Translations under genes and position numbers: made by a program
Shown: piece by piece, positions 14,802-30,000 of the stretch
Layout of the letters: each line of letters begins with the position of its first letter
How positions within the stretch are numbered: position 1 is the stretch's first letter
From: Eledone cirrhosa
Taxonomy: Eukaryota
Direction of reading: 5' to 3'
DNA: 64,000 nt
Assembly: GCA_964016885.1 (NCBI GenBank)
Contig: OZ024740.1
Span: forward strand, 432,822,001-432,886,000
The notes under the pieces: model-generated
The model's input: only the letters and a program-made list of their open reading frames with translations
The model's database searches: none
What the model was told of the DNA's origin: nothing

Positions 14802-17800
14802 ATACAATCAGTAAGAATGGAGACTTGATATGTGACAGAACCAAAGAAGCAGTAAGAATGGAGACTTGATATGTGACAGAACCACAGAAGCAGTAAGAAT
14901 GGAGACTTGATATGTGACAGAACCATACAATCAGTAAGAATGGAAACTTGATATGTGACAGAACCACAGAAGCAGTAAGAATGGAGACTTGATATGTGAC
15001 AGAACTACAGAAGCAGTAAGAATGGAGACTTGATATGTGACAGAACCACAGAAGCAGTAAGAATGGAGACTTGATATGTGACAGAACCACAGAAGCAGTA
15101 AGAATGGAGACTTGATATGTGACAGAACCATGCAATCATTAAGAATGGAGACTTGATATGTGGCAGAACCACAGAAGCAGTAAGAATGGAGACTTGATAT
15201 GTGACAGAACCATGCAATCATTAAGAATGGAGACTTGATATGTGACAGAACCACAGAATCAGTAAGAATGGAGACTTGATATGTGACAGAACCACAGAAT
15301 CAGTAAAAATGGAGACTTGATATGTGACAGAACCACAGAAGCAGTAAGAATGGAGACTTGATATGTGACAGAACCACAGAAGCACTAAGAATGGAGACTT
15401 GATATGTGACAGAACCACAGAAGCACTAAGAATGGAGACTTGATATGTGACAGAACCACAGAAGCAGTAAGAATGGAGACTTGATATGTGACAGAACCAC
15501 AGAATCAGTAATAATGGAGACTTGATATGTGACAGAACCACAGAAGCAGTAAGAATGGAGACTTGATATGTGACAGAACCACACAATCAGTAAGAATGGA
15601 GACTTAATATGTGACAGAACCACAGAAGCAGTAAGAATGGAGACTTGATATGTGACAGAACCACAGAAGCAGTAAGAATGGAGACTTGATATGTGACAGA
15701 ACCACAGAAGCAGTAAGAATGGAGACTTAATATGTGACAGAACCACAGAAGCAGTAAGAATGGAGACTTGATATGTGACAGAACCACAGAAGCAGTAAGA
15801 ATGGAGACTTGATATGTGACAGAAACACACAATCAGTAAGAAAGGAGACTTGATATGTGACAGAACCACAGAAGCAGTAAGAATGGAGACTTGATATGTG
15901 ACAGAACCACAGAATCAGTAAGAATGGAGACTTAATATGTGACAGAACCACAGAAGCAGTAAGAATGGAGACTTGATATGTGACAGAACTACAGAAGCAG
16001 TAAGAATGGAGACTTGATATGTGACAGAACCACAGAAGCAGTAAGAATGGAGACTTGATATGTGACAGAAACACACAATCAGTAAGAATGGAGACTTGAT
16101 ATGTGACAGAACCATACAATCAGTAAGAATGGAAACTTGATATGTGACAGAACCACAGAAGCAGTAAGAATGGAGACTTGATATGTGACAGAACCATACA
16201 ATCAGTAAGAATGGAGACTTGATATGTGACAGAACCACAGAAGCAGTAAGAATGGAGACTTGATATGTGACAGAACCATGCAATCATTAAGAATGGAGAC
16301 TTGATATGTGACAGAACCACAGAAGCAGTAAGAATGGAGACTTGATATGTGACAGAACCATGCAATCATTAAGAATGGAGACTTGATATGTGACAGAACC
16401 ACAGAAGCACTAAGAATGGAGACTTGATATGTGACAGAACCACAGAAGCAGTAAGAATGGAGGCTTGATATGTGACAGAACCACAGAATCAGTAATAATG
16501 GAGACTTGATATGTGACAGAACCACAGAAGCAGTAAGAATGGAGACTTGATATGTGACAGAACCACACAATCAGTAAGAATGGAGACTTAATATGTGACA
16601 GAACCACAGAAGCAGTAAGAATGGAGACTTGATATGGGACAGAACCACAGAAGCAGTAAGAATGGAGACTTGATATGTGACAGAACCACAGAATCAGTAA
16701 GAATGGAGACTTAATATGTGACAGAACCACAGAAGCAGTAAGAATGGAGACTTGATATGTGACAGAACTACAGAAGCAGTAAGAATGGAGACTTGATATG
16801 TGACAGAACCACAGAAGCAGTAAGAATGGAGACTTGATATGTGACAGAAACACACAATCAGTAAGAATGGAGACTTGATATGTGACAGAACCACAGAATC
16901 AGTAAGAATGGAAACTTGATATGTGACAGAACCACAGAAGCAGTAAGAATGGAGACTTGATATGTGACAGAAACACAGAAGCAGTAAGAATGGAGACTTG
17001 ATATGTGACAGAAACACATGATCAGTAAGAATGGAGACTTGATATGTGACAGAACCACAGAATCAGTAAGAATGGAAACTTGATATGTGACAGAACCACA
17101 GAAGCAGTAAGAATGGAGACTTGATATGTGACAGAAACACAGAAGCAGTAAGAATGGAGACTTGATATGTGACAGAACCACACAATCAGTAAGAATGGAA
17201 ACTTGATATGTGACAGAACCACACAATCAGTAAGAATGGAGACTTGATATGTGACAGAACCACACAATCAGTAAGAATGGAGACTTGATATGTGACAGAA
17301 CTACAGAAACAGTAAGAATGGAGACTTGATATGTGACAGAACCACAGAATCAGTAAGAATGGAGACTTGATATGTGACAGAACTACAGAAGCAGTAAGAA
17401 TGGAGACTTGATATGTGACAGAACCACACAAGCAGTAAGAATGGAGACTTGATATGTGACAGAACCACAGAAGCAGTAAGAATGGAGACTTGGTATGTGA
17501 AAGAACCACAGAAGCAGTAAGAATGGAGACTTGATATGTGACAGAACCACAGAATCAGTAAGAATGGAGACTTGATATGTGACAGAACCACAGAAGCAGT
17601 AACATTGGAGACTTGATATGTGACAGAACCACAGAATCAGTAAGAATGGAGACTTGATATGTAACAGAACCACAGAAGCAGTAAGAATGGAGACTTGGTA
17701 TGTGACAGAACCACAGAAGCAGTAAGAATGGAGACTTGATATGTGACAGAACCACAGAATCAGTAAGAATGGAGACTTGGTATGTGACAGAACCACATAA

Positions 17801-20800
17801 GCAGTAAGAATGGAGACTTGATATGTGACAGAACCACAGAAGCAGTAAGAATGGAGACTTGGTATGTGACAGAACCACAGAAGCAGTAAGAATGGAGACT
17901 TGATATGTGACAGAACCACAGAATCAGTAAAAATGGAGACTTGATATGTGACAGAACCACATAAGCAGTAAGAATGGAGACTTGATATGTGACAGAACCA
18001 CACAATCAGTAAGAATGGAGACTTGATATGTGACAGAACTACAGAAGCAGTAAGAATGGAGACTTGATATGTGACAGAACCACAGAAGCAGTAAGATTGG
18101 AGACTTGATATGTGACAGAACCACACAATCAGTAAGAATGGAGACTTGATATGTGACAGAACCACACAATCAGTAAGAATGGAGACTTGATATGTGACAG
18201 AACCACACAATCAGTAAGAATGGAGACTTGATATGTGACAGAACCACAGAATCAGTAAAAGTGGAGACTTGATATGTGACAGAACCACATAAGCAGTAAG
18301 AATGGAGACTTGATATGTGACAGAACCACACAATCAGTAAGAATGGAGACTTGATATGTAACAGAACCACAGAACCAGTAAGAATGGAGACTTGATATGT
18401 GACAGAACTACAGAAGCAGTAAGAATGGAGACTTGATATGTGACAGAACCACAGAAGCAGTAAGAATGGAGACTTGATATGTGACAGAACCACAGAAGCA
18501 GTAAGAATGGAGACTTGATATGTGACAGAACCACAGAAGCAGTAAGAATGGAGACTTGATATGTGACAGAACCACAGAAGCAGTAAGAATGGAGACTTGA
18601 TATGTGACAGAACCACAGAATCAGTAAAAATGGAGACTTGATATGTGACAGAACCACATAAGCAGTAAGAATGGAGACTTGATATGTGACAGAACCACAC
18701 AATCAGTAAGAATGGAGACTTAATATGCGACAGAACCACAGAAGCAGGAAGAATGGAGACTTGATATGTGACAGAACCACAGAAGCAGTAAGAATGGAGA
18801 CTTGATATGTGACAGAACGACAGAAGCAGTAAGAATGGAGACTTGATATGTGACAGAACCACAGAATCAGTAAGAATGGAGACTTGATATGTAACAGAAC
18901 CACAGAAGCAGTAAGAATGGAGACTTGGTATGTGACAGAACCACAGAAGCAGTAAGAATGGAGACTTGATATGTAACAGAACCACACAATCAGTAAGAAT
19001 GGAGACTTGATATGTGACAGAACCACACAAGCACTAAGAATGGAGACTTGATATGTGACAGAACCACAGAATCAGTAAGAATGGAGACTTGATATGTAAC
19101 AGAACCACAGAAGCAGTAAGAATGGAGACTTGATATGTGACAGAACCACAGAATCAGTAAGAATGGAGACTTGATATGTGACAGAACCACAAAAGCAGTA
19201 AGAATGGAGACTTGATATGTAACAGAACCACAGAATCAGTAAGAATGGAGACTTGATATGTGACAGAACCACAGAATCAGTAAGAATGGAGACTTGATAT
19301 GTGACAGAACCACAGAAGCAGTAAGAATGGAGACTTGATATGTGACAGAACCACAGAATCAGTAAGAATGGAGACTTGATATGTGACAGAACTACAGAAG
19401 CAGTAAGAATGGAGACTTGATATGTGACAGAACCACAGAATCAGTAAGAATGGAGACTTGATATGTGACAGAACCACAGAATCAGTAAGAATGGAGACTT
19501 GGTATGTGACAGAACCAGATAAGCAGTAAGAATGGAGACTTGATATGTGACAGAACCACAGAAGCAGTAAGAATGGAGACTTGATATGTGACAGAACCAC
19601 AGAAGCAGTAAGAATGGAGACTTGGTATGTGACAGAACCACATAAGCAGTAAGAATGGAGACTTGATATGTGACAGAACCACAGAAGCAGTAAGAATGGA
19701 GACTTGATATGTGACAGAACCACACAATCAGTAAGAATGGAGACTTGATATGTGACAGAACCACAGAAGCAGTAAGAATGGAGACTTGGTATGTGACAGA
19801 ACCACAGAATCAGTAAGAATGGAGACTTGTTATGTGACAGAACCACAGAAGCAGTAAGAATGGAGACTTGATATGTAACAGAACCACACAATCAGTAAGA
19901 ATGGAGACTTGATATGTGACAGAACCACACAAGCAGTAAGAATGGAGACTTGATATGTGACAGAACCACAGAATCAGTAAGAATGGAGACTTGATATGTA
20001 ACAGAACCACAGAAGCAGTAAGAATGGAGACTTGATATGTGACAGAACCACAGAATCAGTAAGAATGGAGACTTGATATGTGACAGAACCACAAAAGCAG
20101 TAAGAATGGAGACTTGATATGTAACAGAACCACAGAATCAGTAAGAATGGAGACTTGATATGTGACAGAACCACAGAATCAGTAAGAATGGAGACTTGAT
20201 ATGTGACAGAACCACAGAAGCAGTAAGAATGGAGACTTGATATGTGACAGAACCACAGAATCAGTAAGAATGGAGACTTGATATGTGACAGAACTACAGA
20301 AGCAGTAAGAATGGAGACTTGATATGTGACAGAACCACAGAATCAGTAAGAATGGAGACTTGATATGTGACAGAACCACAGAATCAGTAAGAATGGAGAC
20401 TTGGTATGTGACAGAACCAGATAAGCAGTAAGAATGGAGACTTGATATGTGACAGAACCACAGAAGCAGTAAGAATGGAGACTTGGTATGTGACAGAACC
20501 ACAGAAGCAGTAAGAATGGAGACTTGATATGTGACAGAACCACATAAGCAGTAAGAATGGAGACTTGATATGTGACAGAACCACACAATCAGTAAGAATG
20601 GAGACTTAATATACGACAGAACCACAGAAGCAGTAAGAATGGAGACTTGATATGTGACAGAACCACAGAAGCAGTAAGAATGGAGACTTGATATGTGACA
20701 GAACGACAGAAGCAGTAAGAATGGAGACTTGATACGTGACAGAACCACAGAATCAGTAAGAATGGAGACTTGATATGTAACAGAACCACAGAAGCAGTAA

Positions 20801-23800
20801 GAATGGAGACTTGGTATGTGACAGAACCACAGAAGCAGTAAGAATGGAGACTTGATATGTAACAGAACCACACAATCAGTAAGAATGGAGACTTGATATG
20901 TAACAGAACCACAGAACCAGTAAGAATGGAGACTTGATATGTGACAGAACCACAGAAGCAGTAAGAATGGAGACTTGATATGTGACAGAACCACAGAAGC
21001 AGTAAGAATGGAGACTTGATATGTGACAGAACCACACAATTAGTAAGAATGGAGACTTGATATGTGACAGAACCACAGAATCAGTAAGAATGGAGACTTA
21101 ATATGTGACAGAACCACAGAAGCAGTAAGAATGGAGACTTGATATGTGACAGAACCACAGAATCAGTAAGAATGTAGACTTAATATGTGACAGAACCACA
21201 GAAGCACTAAGAATGGAGACTTGATATATGACAGAACCACAGAATCAGTAAGAATGGAGACTTAATATATGACAGAACCACAGAAGCAGTAAGAATGGAG
21301 ACTTGATATGTGACAGAACCACAGAATCAGTAAGAATGTAGACTTGATATGTGACAGAACCACAGAAGCAGTAAGAATGGAGACTTGATATGTGACAGAA
21401 CCACAGAAGCAGTAAGAATGGAGACTTGATATGTGACAGAACCATACAATCAGTAAGAATGGAGACTTGATATGTGACAGAACCACAGAAGCAGTAAGAA
21501 TGGAGACTTGATATGTGACAGAACCATACAATCAGTAAGAATGGAGACTTGATATGTGACAGAACCACACAAGCACTAAGAATGGAGACTTGATATGTGA
21601 CAGAACCACAGAAGCAGTAAGAATGGAGACTTGATATGTGACAGAACCACAGAAGCACTAAGAATGGAGACTTGATATATGACAGAACCACAGAATCAGT
21701 AAGAATGGAGACTTGATATGTGACAGAACCACAGAAGCAGTAAGAATGGAGACTTGATATGTGACAGAACCACAGAATCAGTAAGAATGGAGACTTAATA
21801 TGTGACAGAACCACAGAAGCAGTAAGAATGGAGACTTGATATGTGACAGAACTACAGAAGCAGTAAGAATGGAGACTTGATATGTGACAGAACCACAGAA
21901 GCAGTAAGAATGGAGACTTGATATGTGACAGAAACACACAATCAGTAAGAATGGAGACTTGATATGTGACAGAACCATACAATCAGTAAGAATGGAAACT
22001 TGATATGTGACAGAACCACAGAAGCAGTAAGAATGGAGACTTGATATGTGACAGAACCATACAATCAGTAAGAATGGAGACTTGATATGTGACAGAACCA
22101 CAGAAGCAGTAAGAATGGAGACTTGATATGTGACAGAACCATGCAATCATTAAGAATGGAGACTTGATATGTGACAGAACCACAGAAGCAGTAAGAATGG
22201 AGACTTGATATGTGACAGAACCATGCAATCATTAAGAATGGAGACTTGATATGTGACAGAACCACAGAAGCACTAAGAATGGAGACTTGATATGTGACAG
22301 AACCACAGAAGCAGTAAGAATGGAGGCTTGATATGTGACAGAACCACAGAATCAGTAATAATGGAGACTTGATATGTGACAGAACCACAGAAGCAGTAAG
22401 AATGGAGACTTGATATGTGACAGAACCACACAATCAGTAAGAATGGAGACTTAATATGTGACAGAACCACAGAAGCAGTAAGAATGGAGACTTGATATGG
22501 GACAGAACCACAGAAGCAGTAAGAATGGAGACTTGATATGTGACAGAACCACAGAATCAGTAAGAATGGAGACTTAATATGTGACAGAACCATACGATCA
22601 GTAAGAATGGAGACTTGATATGTGACAGAACCATACAATCAGTAAGAATGGAGACTTGATATGTGACAGAACCACAGAAGCAGTAAGAATGGAGACTTGA
22701 TATGTGACAGAACCACAGAAGCAGTAAGAATGGAGACTTGATATGTGACAGAACCATACAATCAGTAAGAATGGAAACTTGATAAGTGACAGAACCACAG
22801 AAGCAGTAAGAATGGAGACTTGATATGTGACAGAACTACAGAAGCAGTAAGAATGGAGACTTGATATGTGACAGAACCACAGAAGCAGTAAGAATGGAGA
22901 CTTGATATGTGACAGAACCACAGAAGCAGTAAGAATGGAGACTTGATATGTGACAGAACCATGCAATCATTAAGAATGGAGACTTGATATGTGGCAGAAC
23001 CACAGAAGCAGTAAGAATGGAGACTTGATATGTGACAGAACCATGCAATCATTAAGAATGGAGACTTGATATGTGACAGAACCACAGAATCAGTAAGAAT
23101 GGAGACTTGATATGTGACAGAACCACAGAATCAGTAAAAATGGAGACTTGATATGTGACAGAACCACAGAAGCAGTAAGAATGGAGACTTGATATGTGAC
23201 AGAACCACAGAAGCACTAAGAATGGAGACTTGATATGTGACAGAACCACAGAAGCACTAAGAATGGAGACTTGATATGTGACAGAACCACAGAAGCAGTA
23301 AGAATGGAGACTTGATATGTGACAGAACCACAGAATCAGTAATAATGGAGACTTGATATGTGACAGAACCACAGAAGCAGTAAGAATGGAGACTTGATAT
23401 GTGACAGAACCACACAATCAGTAAGAATGGAGACTTAATATGTGACAGAACCACAGAAGCAGTAAGAATGGAGACTTGATATGTGACAGAACCACAGAAG
23501 CAGTAAGAATGGAGACTTGATATGTGACAGAACCACAGAATCAGTAAGAATGGAGACTTAATATGTGACAGAACCACAGAAGCAGTAAGAATGGAGACTT
23601 GATATGTGACAGAACCACAGAAGCAGTAAGAATGGAGACTTGATATGTGACAGAAACACACAATCAGTAAGAATGGAGACTTGATATGTGACAGAACCAC
23701 AGAAGCAGTAAGAATGGAGACTTGATATGTGACAGAACCACAGAATCAGTAAGAATGGAGACTTAATATGTGACAGAACCACAGAAGCAGTAAGAATGGA

Positions 23801-26800
23801 GACTTGATATGTGACAGAACTACAGAAGCAGTAAGAATGGAGACTTGATATGTGACAGAACCACAGAAGCAGTAAGAATGGAGACTTGATATGTGACAGA
23901 AACACACAATCAGTAAGAATGGAGACTTGATATGTGACAGAACCATACAATCAGTAAGAATGGAAACTTGATATGTGACAGAACCACAGAAGCAGTAAGA
24001 ATGGAGACTTGATATGTGACAGAACCATACAATCAGTAAGAATGGAGACTTGATATGTGACAGAACCACAGAAGCAGTAAGAATGGAGACTTGATATGTG
24101 ACAGAACCATGCAATCATTAAGAATGGAGACTTGATATGTGACAGAACCACAGAAGCAGTAAGAATGGAGACTTGATATGTGACAGAACCATGCAATCAT
24201 TAAGAATGGAGACTTGATATGTGACAGAACCACAGAAGCACTAAGAATGGAGACTTGATATGTGACAGAACCACAGAAGCAGTAAGAATGGAGGCTTGAT
24301 ATGTGACAGAACCACAGAATCAGTAATAATGGAGACTTGATATGTGACAGAACCACAGAAGCAGTAAGAATGGAGACTTGATATGTGACAGAACCACACA
24401 ATCAGTAAGAATGGAGACTTAATATGTGACAGAACCACAGAAGCAGTAAGAATGGAGACTTGATATGGGACAGAACCACAGAAGCAGTAAGAATGGAGAC
24501 TTGATATGTGACAGAACCACAGAATCAGTAAGAATGGAGACTTAATATGTGACAGAACCACAGAAGCAGTAAGAATGGAGACTTGATATGTGACAGAACT
24601 ACAGAAGCAGTAAGAATGGAGACTTGATATGTGACAGAACCACAGAAGCAGTAAGAATGGAGACTTGATATGTGACAGAAACACACAATCAGTAAGAATG
24701 GAGACTTGATATGTGACAGAACCACAGAATCAGTAAGAATGGAAACTTGATATGTGACAGAACCACAGAAGCAGTAAGAATGGAGACTTGATATGTGACA
24801 GAAACACAGAAGCAGTAAGAATGGAGACTTGATATGTGACAGAAACACATGATCAGTAAGAATGGAGACTTGATATGTGACAGAACCACAGAATCAGTAA
24901 GAATGGAAACTTGATATGTGACAGAACCACAGAAGCAGTAAGAATGGAGACTTGATATGTGACAGAAACACAGAAGCAGTAAGAATGGAGACTTGATATG
25001 TGACAGAACCACACAATCAGTAAGAATGGAAACTTGATATGTGACAGAACCACACAATCAGTAAGAATGGAGACTTGATATGTGACAGAACCACACAATC
25101 AGTAAGAATGGAGACTTGATATGTGACAGAACTACAGAAACAGTAAGAATGGAGACTTGATATGTGACAGAACCACAGAATCAGTAAGAATGGAGACTTG
25201 ATATGTGACAGAACTACAGAAGCAGTAAGAATGGAGACTTGATATGTGACAGAACCACACAAGCAGTAAGAATGGAGACTTGATATGTGACAGAACCACA
25301 GAAGCAGTAAGAATGGAGACTTGGTATGTGAAAGAACCACAGAAGCAGTAAGAATGGAGACTTGATATGTGACAGAACCACAGAATCAGTAAGAATGGAG
25401 ACTTGATATGTGACAGAACCACAGAAGCAGTAACATTGGAGACTTGATATGTGACAGAACCACAGAATCAGTAAGAATGGAGACTTGATATGTAACAGAA
25501 CCACAGAAGCAGTAAGAATGGAGACTTGGTATGTGACAGAACCACAGAAGCAGTAAGAATGGAGACTTGATATGTGACAGAACCACAGAATCAGTAAGAA
25601 TGGAGACTTGGTATGTGACAGAACCACATAAGCAGTAAGAATGGAGACTTGATATGTGACAGAACCACAGAAGCAGTAAGAATGGAGACTTGGTATGTGA
25701 CAGAACCACAGAAGCAGTAAGAATGGAGACTTGATATGTGACAGAACCACAGAATCAGTAAAAATGGAGACTTGATATGTGACAGAACCACATAAGCAGT
25801 AAGAATGGAGACTTGATATGTGACAGAACCACACAATCAGTAAGAATGGAGACTTGATATGTGACAGAACTACAGAAGCAGTAAGAATGGAGACTTGATA
25901 TGTGACAGAACCACAGAAGCAGTAAGATTGGAGACTTGATATGTGACAGAACCACACAATCAGTAAGAATGGAGACTTGATATGTGACAGAACCACAGAA
26001 TCAGTAATAATGGAGACTTGATATGTGACAGAACCACAGAAGCAGTAAGAATGGAGACTTGATATGTGACAGAACCACACAATCAGTAAGAATGGAGACT
26101 TAATATGTGACAGAACCACAGAAGCAGTAAGAATGGAGACTTGATATGTGACAGAACCACACAATCAGTAAGAATGGAGACTTGATATGTAACAGAACCA
26201 CAGAACCAGTAAGAATGGAGACTTGATATGTGACAGAACTACAGAAGCAGTAAGAATGGAGACTTGATATGTGACAGAACCACAGAAGCAGTAAGAATGG
26301 AGACTTGATATGTGACAGAACCACAGAAGCAGTAAGAATGGAGACTTGATATGTGACAGAACCACAGAAGCAGTAAGAATGGAGACTTGATATGTGACAG
26401 AACCACAGAAGCAGTAAGAATGGAGACTTGATATGTGACAGAACCACAGAATCAGTAAAAATGGAGACTTGATATGTGACAGAACCACATAAGCAGTAAG
26501 AATGGAGACTTGATATGTGACAGAACCACACAATCAGTAAGAATGGAGACTTAATATGCGACAGAACCACAGAAGCAGGAAGAATGGAGACTTGATATGT
26601 GACAGAACCACAGAAGCAGTAAGAATGGAGACTTGATATGTGACAGAACGACAGAAGCAGTAAGAATGGAGACTTGATATGTGACAGAACCACAGAATCA
26701 GTAAGAATGGAGACTTGATATGTAACAGAACCACAGAAGCAGTAAGAATGGAGACTTGGTATGTGACAGAACCACAGAAGCAGTAAGAATGGAGACTTGA

Positions 26801-29520
26801 TATGTAACAGAACCACACAATCAGTAAGAATGGAGACTTGATATGTGACAGAACCACACAAGCACTAAGAATGGAGACTTGATATGTGACAGAACCACAG
26901 AATCAGTAAGAATGGAGACTTGATATGTAACAGAACCACAGAAGCAGTAAGAATGGAGACTTGATATGTGACAGAACCACAGAATCAGTAAGAATGGAGA
27001 CTTGATATGTGACAGAACCACAAAAGCAGTAAGAATGGAGACTTGATATGTAACAGAACCACAGAATCAGTAAGAATGGAGACTTGATATGTGACAGAAC
27101 CACAGAATCAGTAAGAATGGAGACTTGATATGTGACAGAACCACAGAAGCAGTAAGAATGGAGACTTGATATGTGACAGAACCACAGAATCAGTAAGAAT
27201 GGAGACTTGATATGTGACAGAACTACAGAAGCAGTAAGAATGGAGACTTGATATGTGACAGAACCACAGAATCAGTAAGAATGGAGACTTGATATGTGAC
27301 AGAACCACAGAATCAGTAAGAATGGAGATTTGGTATGTGACAGAACCAGATAAGCAGTAAGAATGGAGACTTGATATGTGACAGAACCACAGAAGCAGTA
27401 AGAATGGAGACTTGATATGTGACAGAACCACAGAAGCAGTAAGAATGGAGACTTGGTATGTGACAGAACCACATAAGCAGTAAGAATGGAGACTTGATAT
27501 GTGACAGAACCACAGAAGCAGTAAGAATGGAGACTTGATATGTGACAGAACCACACAATCAGTAAGAATGGAGACTTGATATGTGACAGAACCACAGAAG
27601 CAGTAAGAATGGAGACTTGGTATGTGACAGAACCACAGAATCAGTAAGAATGGAGACTTGTTATGTGACAGAACCACAGAAGCAGTAAGAATGGAGACTT
27701 GATATGTAACAGAACCACACAATCAGTAAGAATGGAGACTTGATATGTGACAGAACCACACAAGCAGTAAGAATGGAGACTTGATATGTGACAGAACCAC
27801 AGAATCAGTAAGAATGGAGACTTGATATGTAACAGAACCACAGAAGCAGTAAGAATGGAGACTTGATATGTGACAGAACCACAGAATCAGTAAGAATGGA
27901 GACTTGATATGTGACAGAACCACAAAAGCAGTAAGAATGGAGACTTGATATGTAACAGAACCACAGAATCAGTAAGAATGGAGACTTGATATGTGACAGA
28001 ACCACAGAATCAGTAAGAATGGAGACTTGATATGTGACAGAACCACAGAAGCAGTAAGAATGGAGACTTGATATGTGACAGAACCACAGAATCAGTAAGA
28101 ATGGAGACTTGATATGTGACAGAACTACAGAAGCAGTAAGAATGGAGACTTGATATGTGACAGAACCACAGAATCAGTAAGAATGGAGACTTGATATGTG
28201 ACAGAACCACAGAATCAGTAAGAATGGAGACTTGGTATGTGACAGAACCAGATAAGCAGTAAGAATGGAGACTTGATATGTGACAGAACCACAGAAGCAG
28301 TAAGAATGGAGACTTGGTATGTGACAGAACCACAGAAGCAGTAAGAATGGAGACTTGATATGTGACAGAACCACATAAGCAGTAAGAATGGAGACTTGAT
28401 ATGTGACAGAACCACACAATCAGTAAGAATGGAGACTTAATATACGACAGAACCACAGAAGCAGTAAGAATGGAGACTTGATATGTGACAGAACCACAGA
28501 AGCAGTAAGAATGGAGACTTGATATGTGACAGAACGACAGAAGCAGTAAGAATGGAGACTTGATACGTGACAGAACCACAGAATCAGTAAGAATGGAGAC
28601 TTGATATGTAACAGAACCACAGAAGCAGTAAGAATGGAGACTTGGTATGTGACAGAACCACAGAAGCAGTAAGAATGGAGACTTGATATGTAACAGAACC
28701 ACACAATCAGTAAGAATGGAGACTTGATATGTAACAGAACCACAGAACCAGTAAGAATGGAGACTTGATATGTGACAGAACCACAGAAGCAGTAAGAATG
28801 GAGACTTGATATGTGACAGAACCACAGAAGCAGTAAGAATGGAGACTTGATATGTGACAGAACCACACAATTAGTAAGAATGGAGACTTGATATGTGACA
28901 GAACCACAGAATCAGTAAGAATGGAGACTTAATATGTGACAGAACCACAGAAGCAGTAAGAATGGAGACTTGATATGTGACAGAACCACAGAATCAGTAA
29001 GAATGTAGACTTAATATGTGACAGAACCACAGAAGCACTAAGAATGGAGACTTGATATATGACAGAACCACAGAATCAGTAAGAATGGAGACTTAATATA
29101 TGACAGAACCACAGAAGCAGTAAGAATGGAGACTTGATATGTGACAGAACCACAGAATCAGTAAGAATGTAGACTTGATATGTGACAGAACCACAGAAGC
29201 AGTAAGAATGGAGACTTGATATGTGACAGAACCACAGAAGCAGTAAGAATGGAGACTTGATATGTGACAGAACCATACAATCAGTAAGAATGGAGACTTG
29301 ATATGTGACAGAACCACAGAAGCAGTAAGAATGGAGACTTGATATGTGACAGAACCATACAATCAGTAAGAATGGAGACTTGATATGTGACAGAACCACA
29401 CAAGCACTAAGAATGGAGACTTGATATGTGACAGAACCACAGAAGCAGTAAGAATGGAGACTTGATATGTGACAGAACCACAGAAGCACTAAGAATGGAG
29501 ACTTGATATATGACAGAACC
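14802..29520. repeat. Near-tandem duplication of ~168 monomers: 14802-21689 and 22633-29520, offset 7,831 bp = 191 monomers; the spacer 21690-22632 is mostly a copy of ~15868-16728
   Basis: Markers at offset 7,831: GAGGCTT 16463/24294, AAACACATGATC 17011/24842, GTGAAAGA 17501/25332, ACACAATTAG 21034/28865. A third GAGGCTT at 22326 has offset 5,863 (143 monomers). Confidence 0.9.
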
Positions 29521-30000
29521 ACAGAATCAGTAAGAATGGAGACTTAATATATGACAGAACCACAGAAGCAGTAAGAATGGAGACTTGATATGTGACAGAA
29601 CCACAGAATCAGTAAGAATGTAGACTTGATATGTGACAGAACCACAGAAGCAGTAAGAATGGAGACTTGATATGTGACAGAACCACAGAAGCAGTAAGAA
29701 TGGAGACTTGATATGTGACAGAACCACACAATCAGTAAGAATGGAGACTTGATATGTGACAGAACCACAGAAGCACTAAGAATGGAGACTTGATATATGA
29801 CAGAACCACAGAATCAGTAAGAATGGAGACTTAATATATGACAGAACCACAGAAGCAGTAAGAATGGAGACTTGATATGTGACAGAACCACAGAATCAGT
29901 AAGAATGTAGACTTGATATGTGACAGAACCACAGAAGCAGTAAGAATGGAGACTTGATATGTGACAGAACCACAGAAGCAGTAAGAATGGAGACTTGATA
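29029..30000. repeat. Local triplication of a short variant block (spacings 451 bp = 11 monomers and 287 bp = 7 monomers)
   Basis: The AATGTAGAC variant lies at 29170, 29621 and 29908. Each copy is preceded by GCACT/GATATATG and TTAATATATG monomers. Confidence 0.8.
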
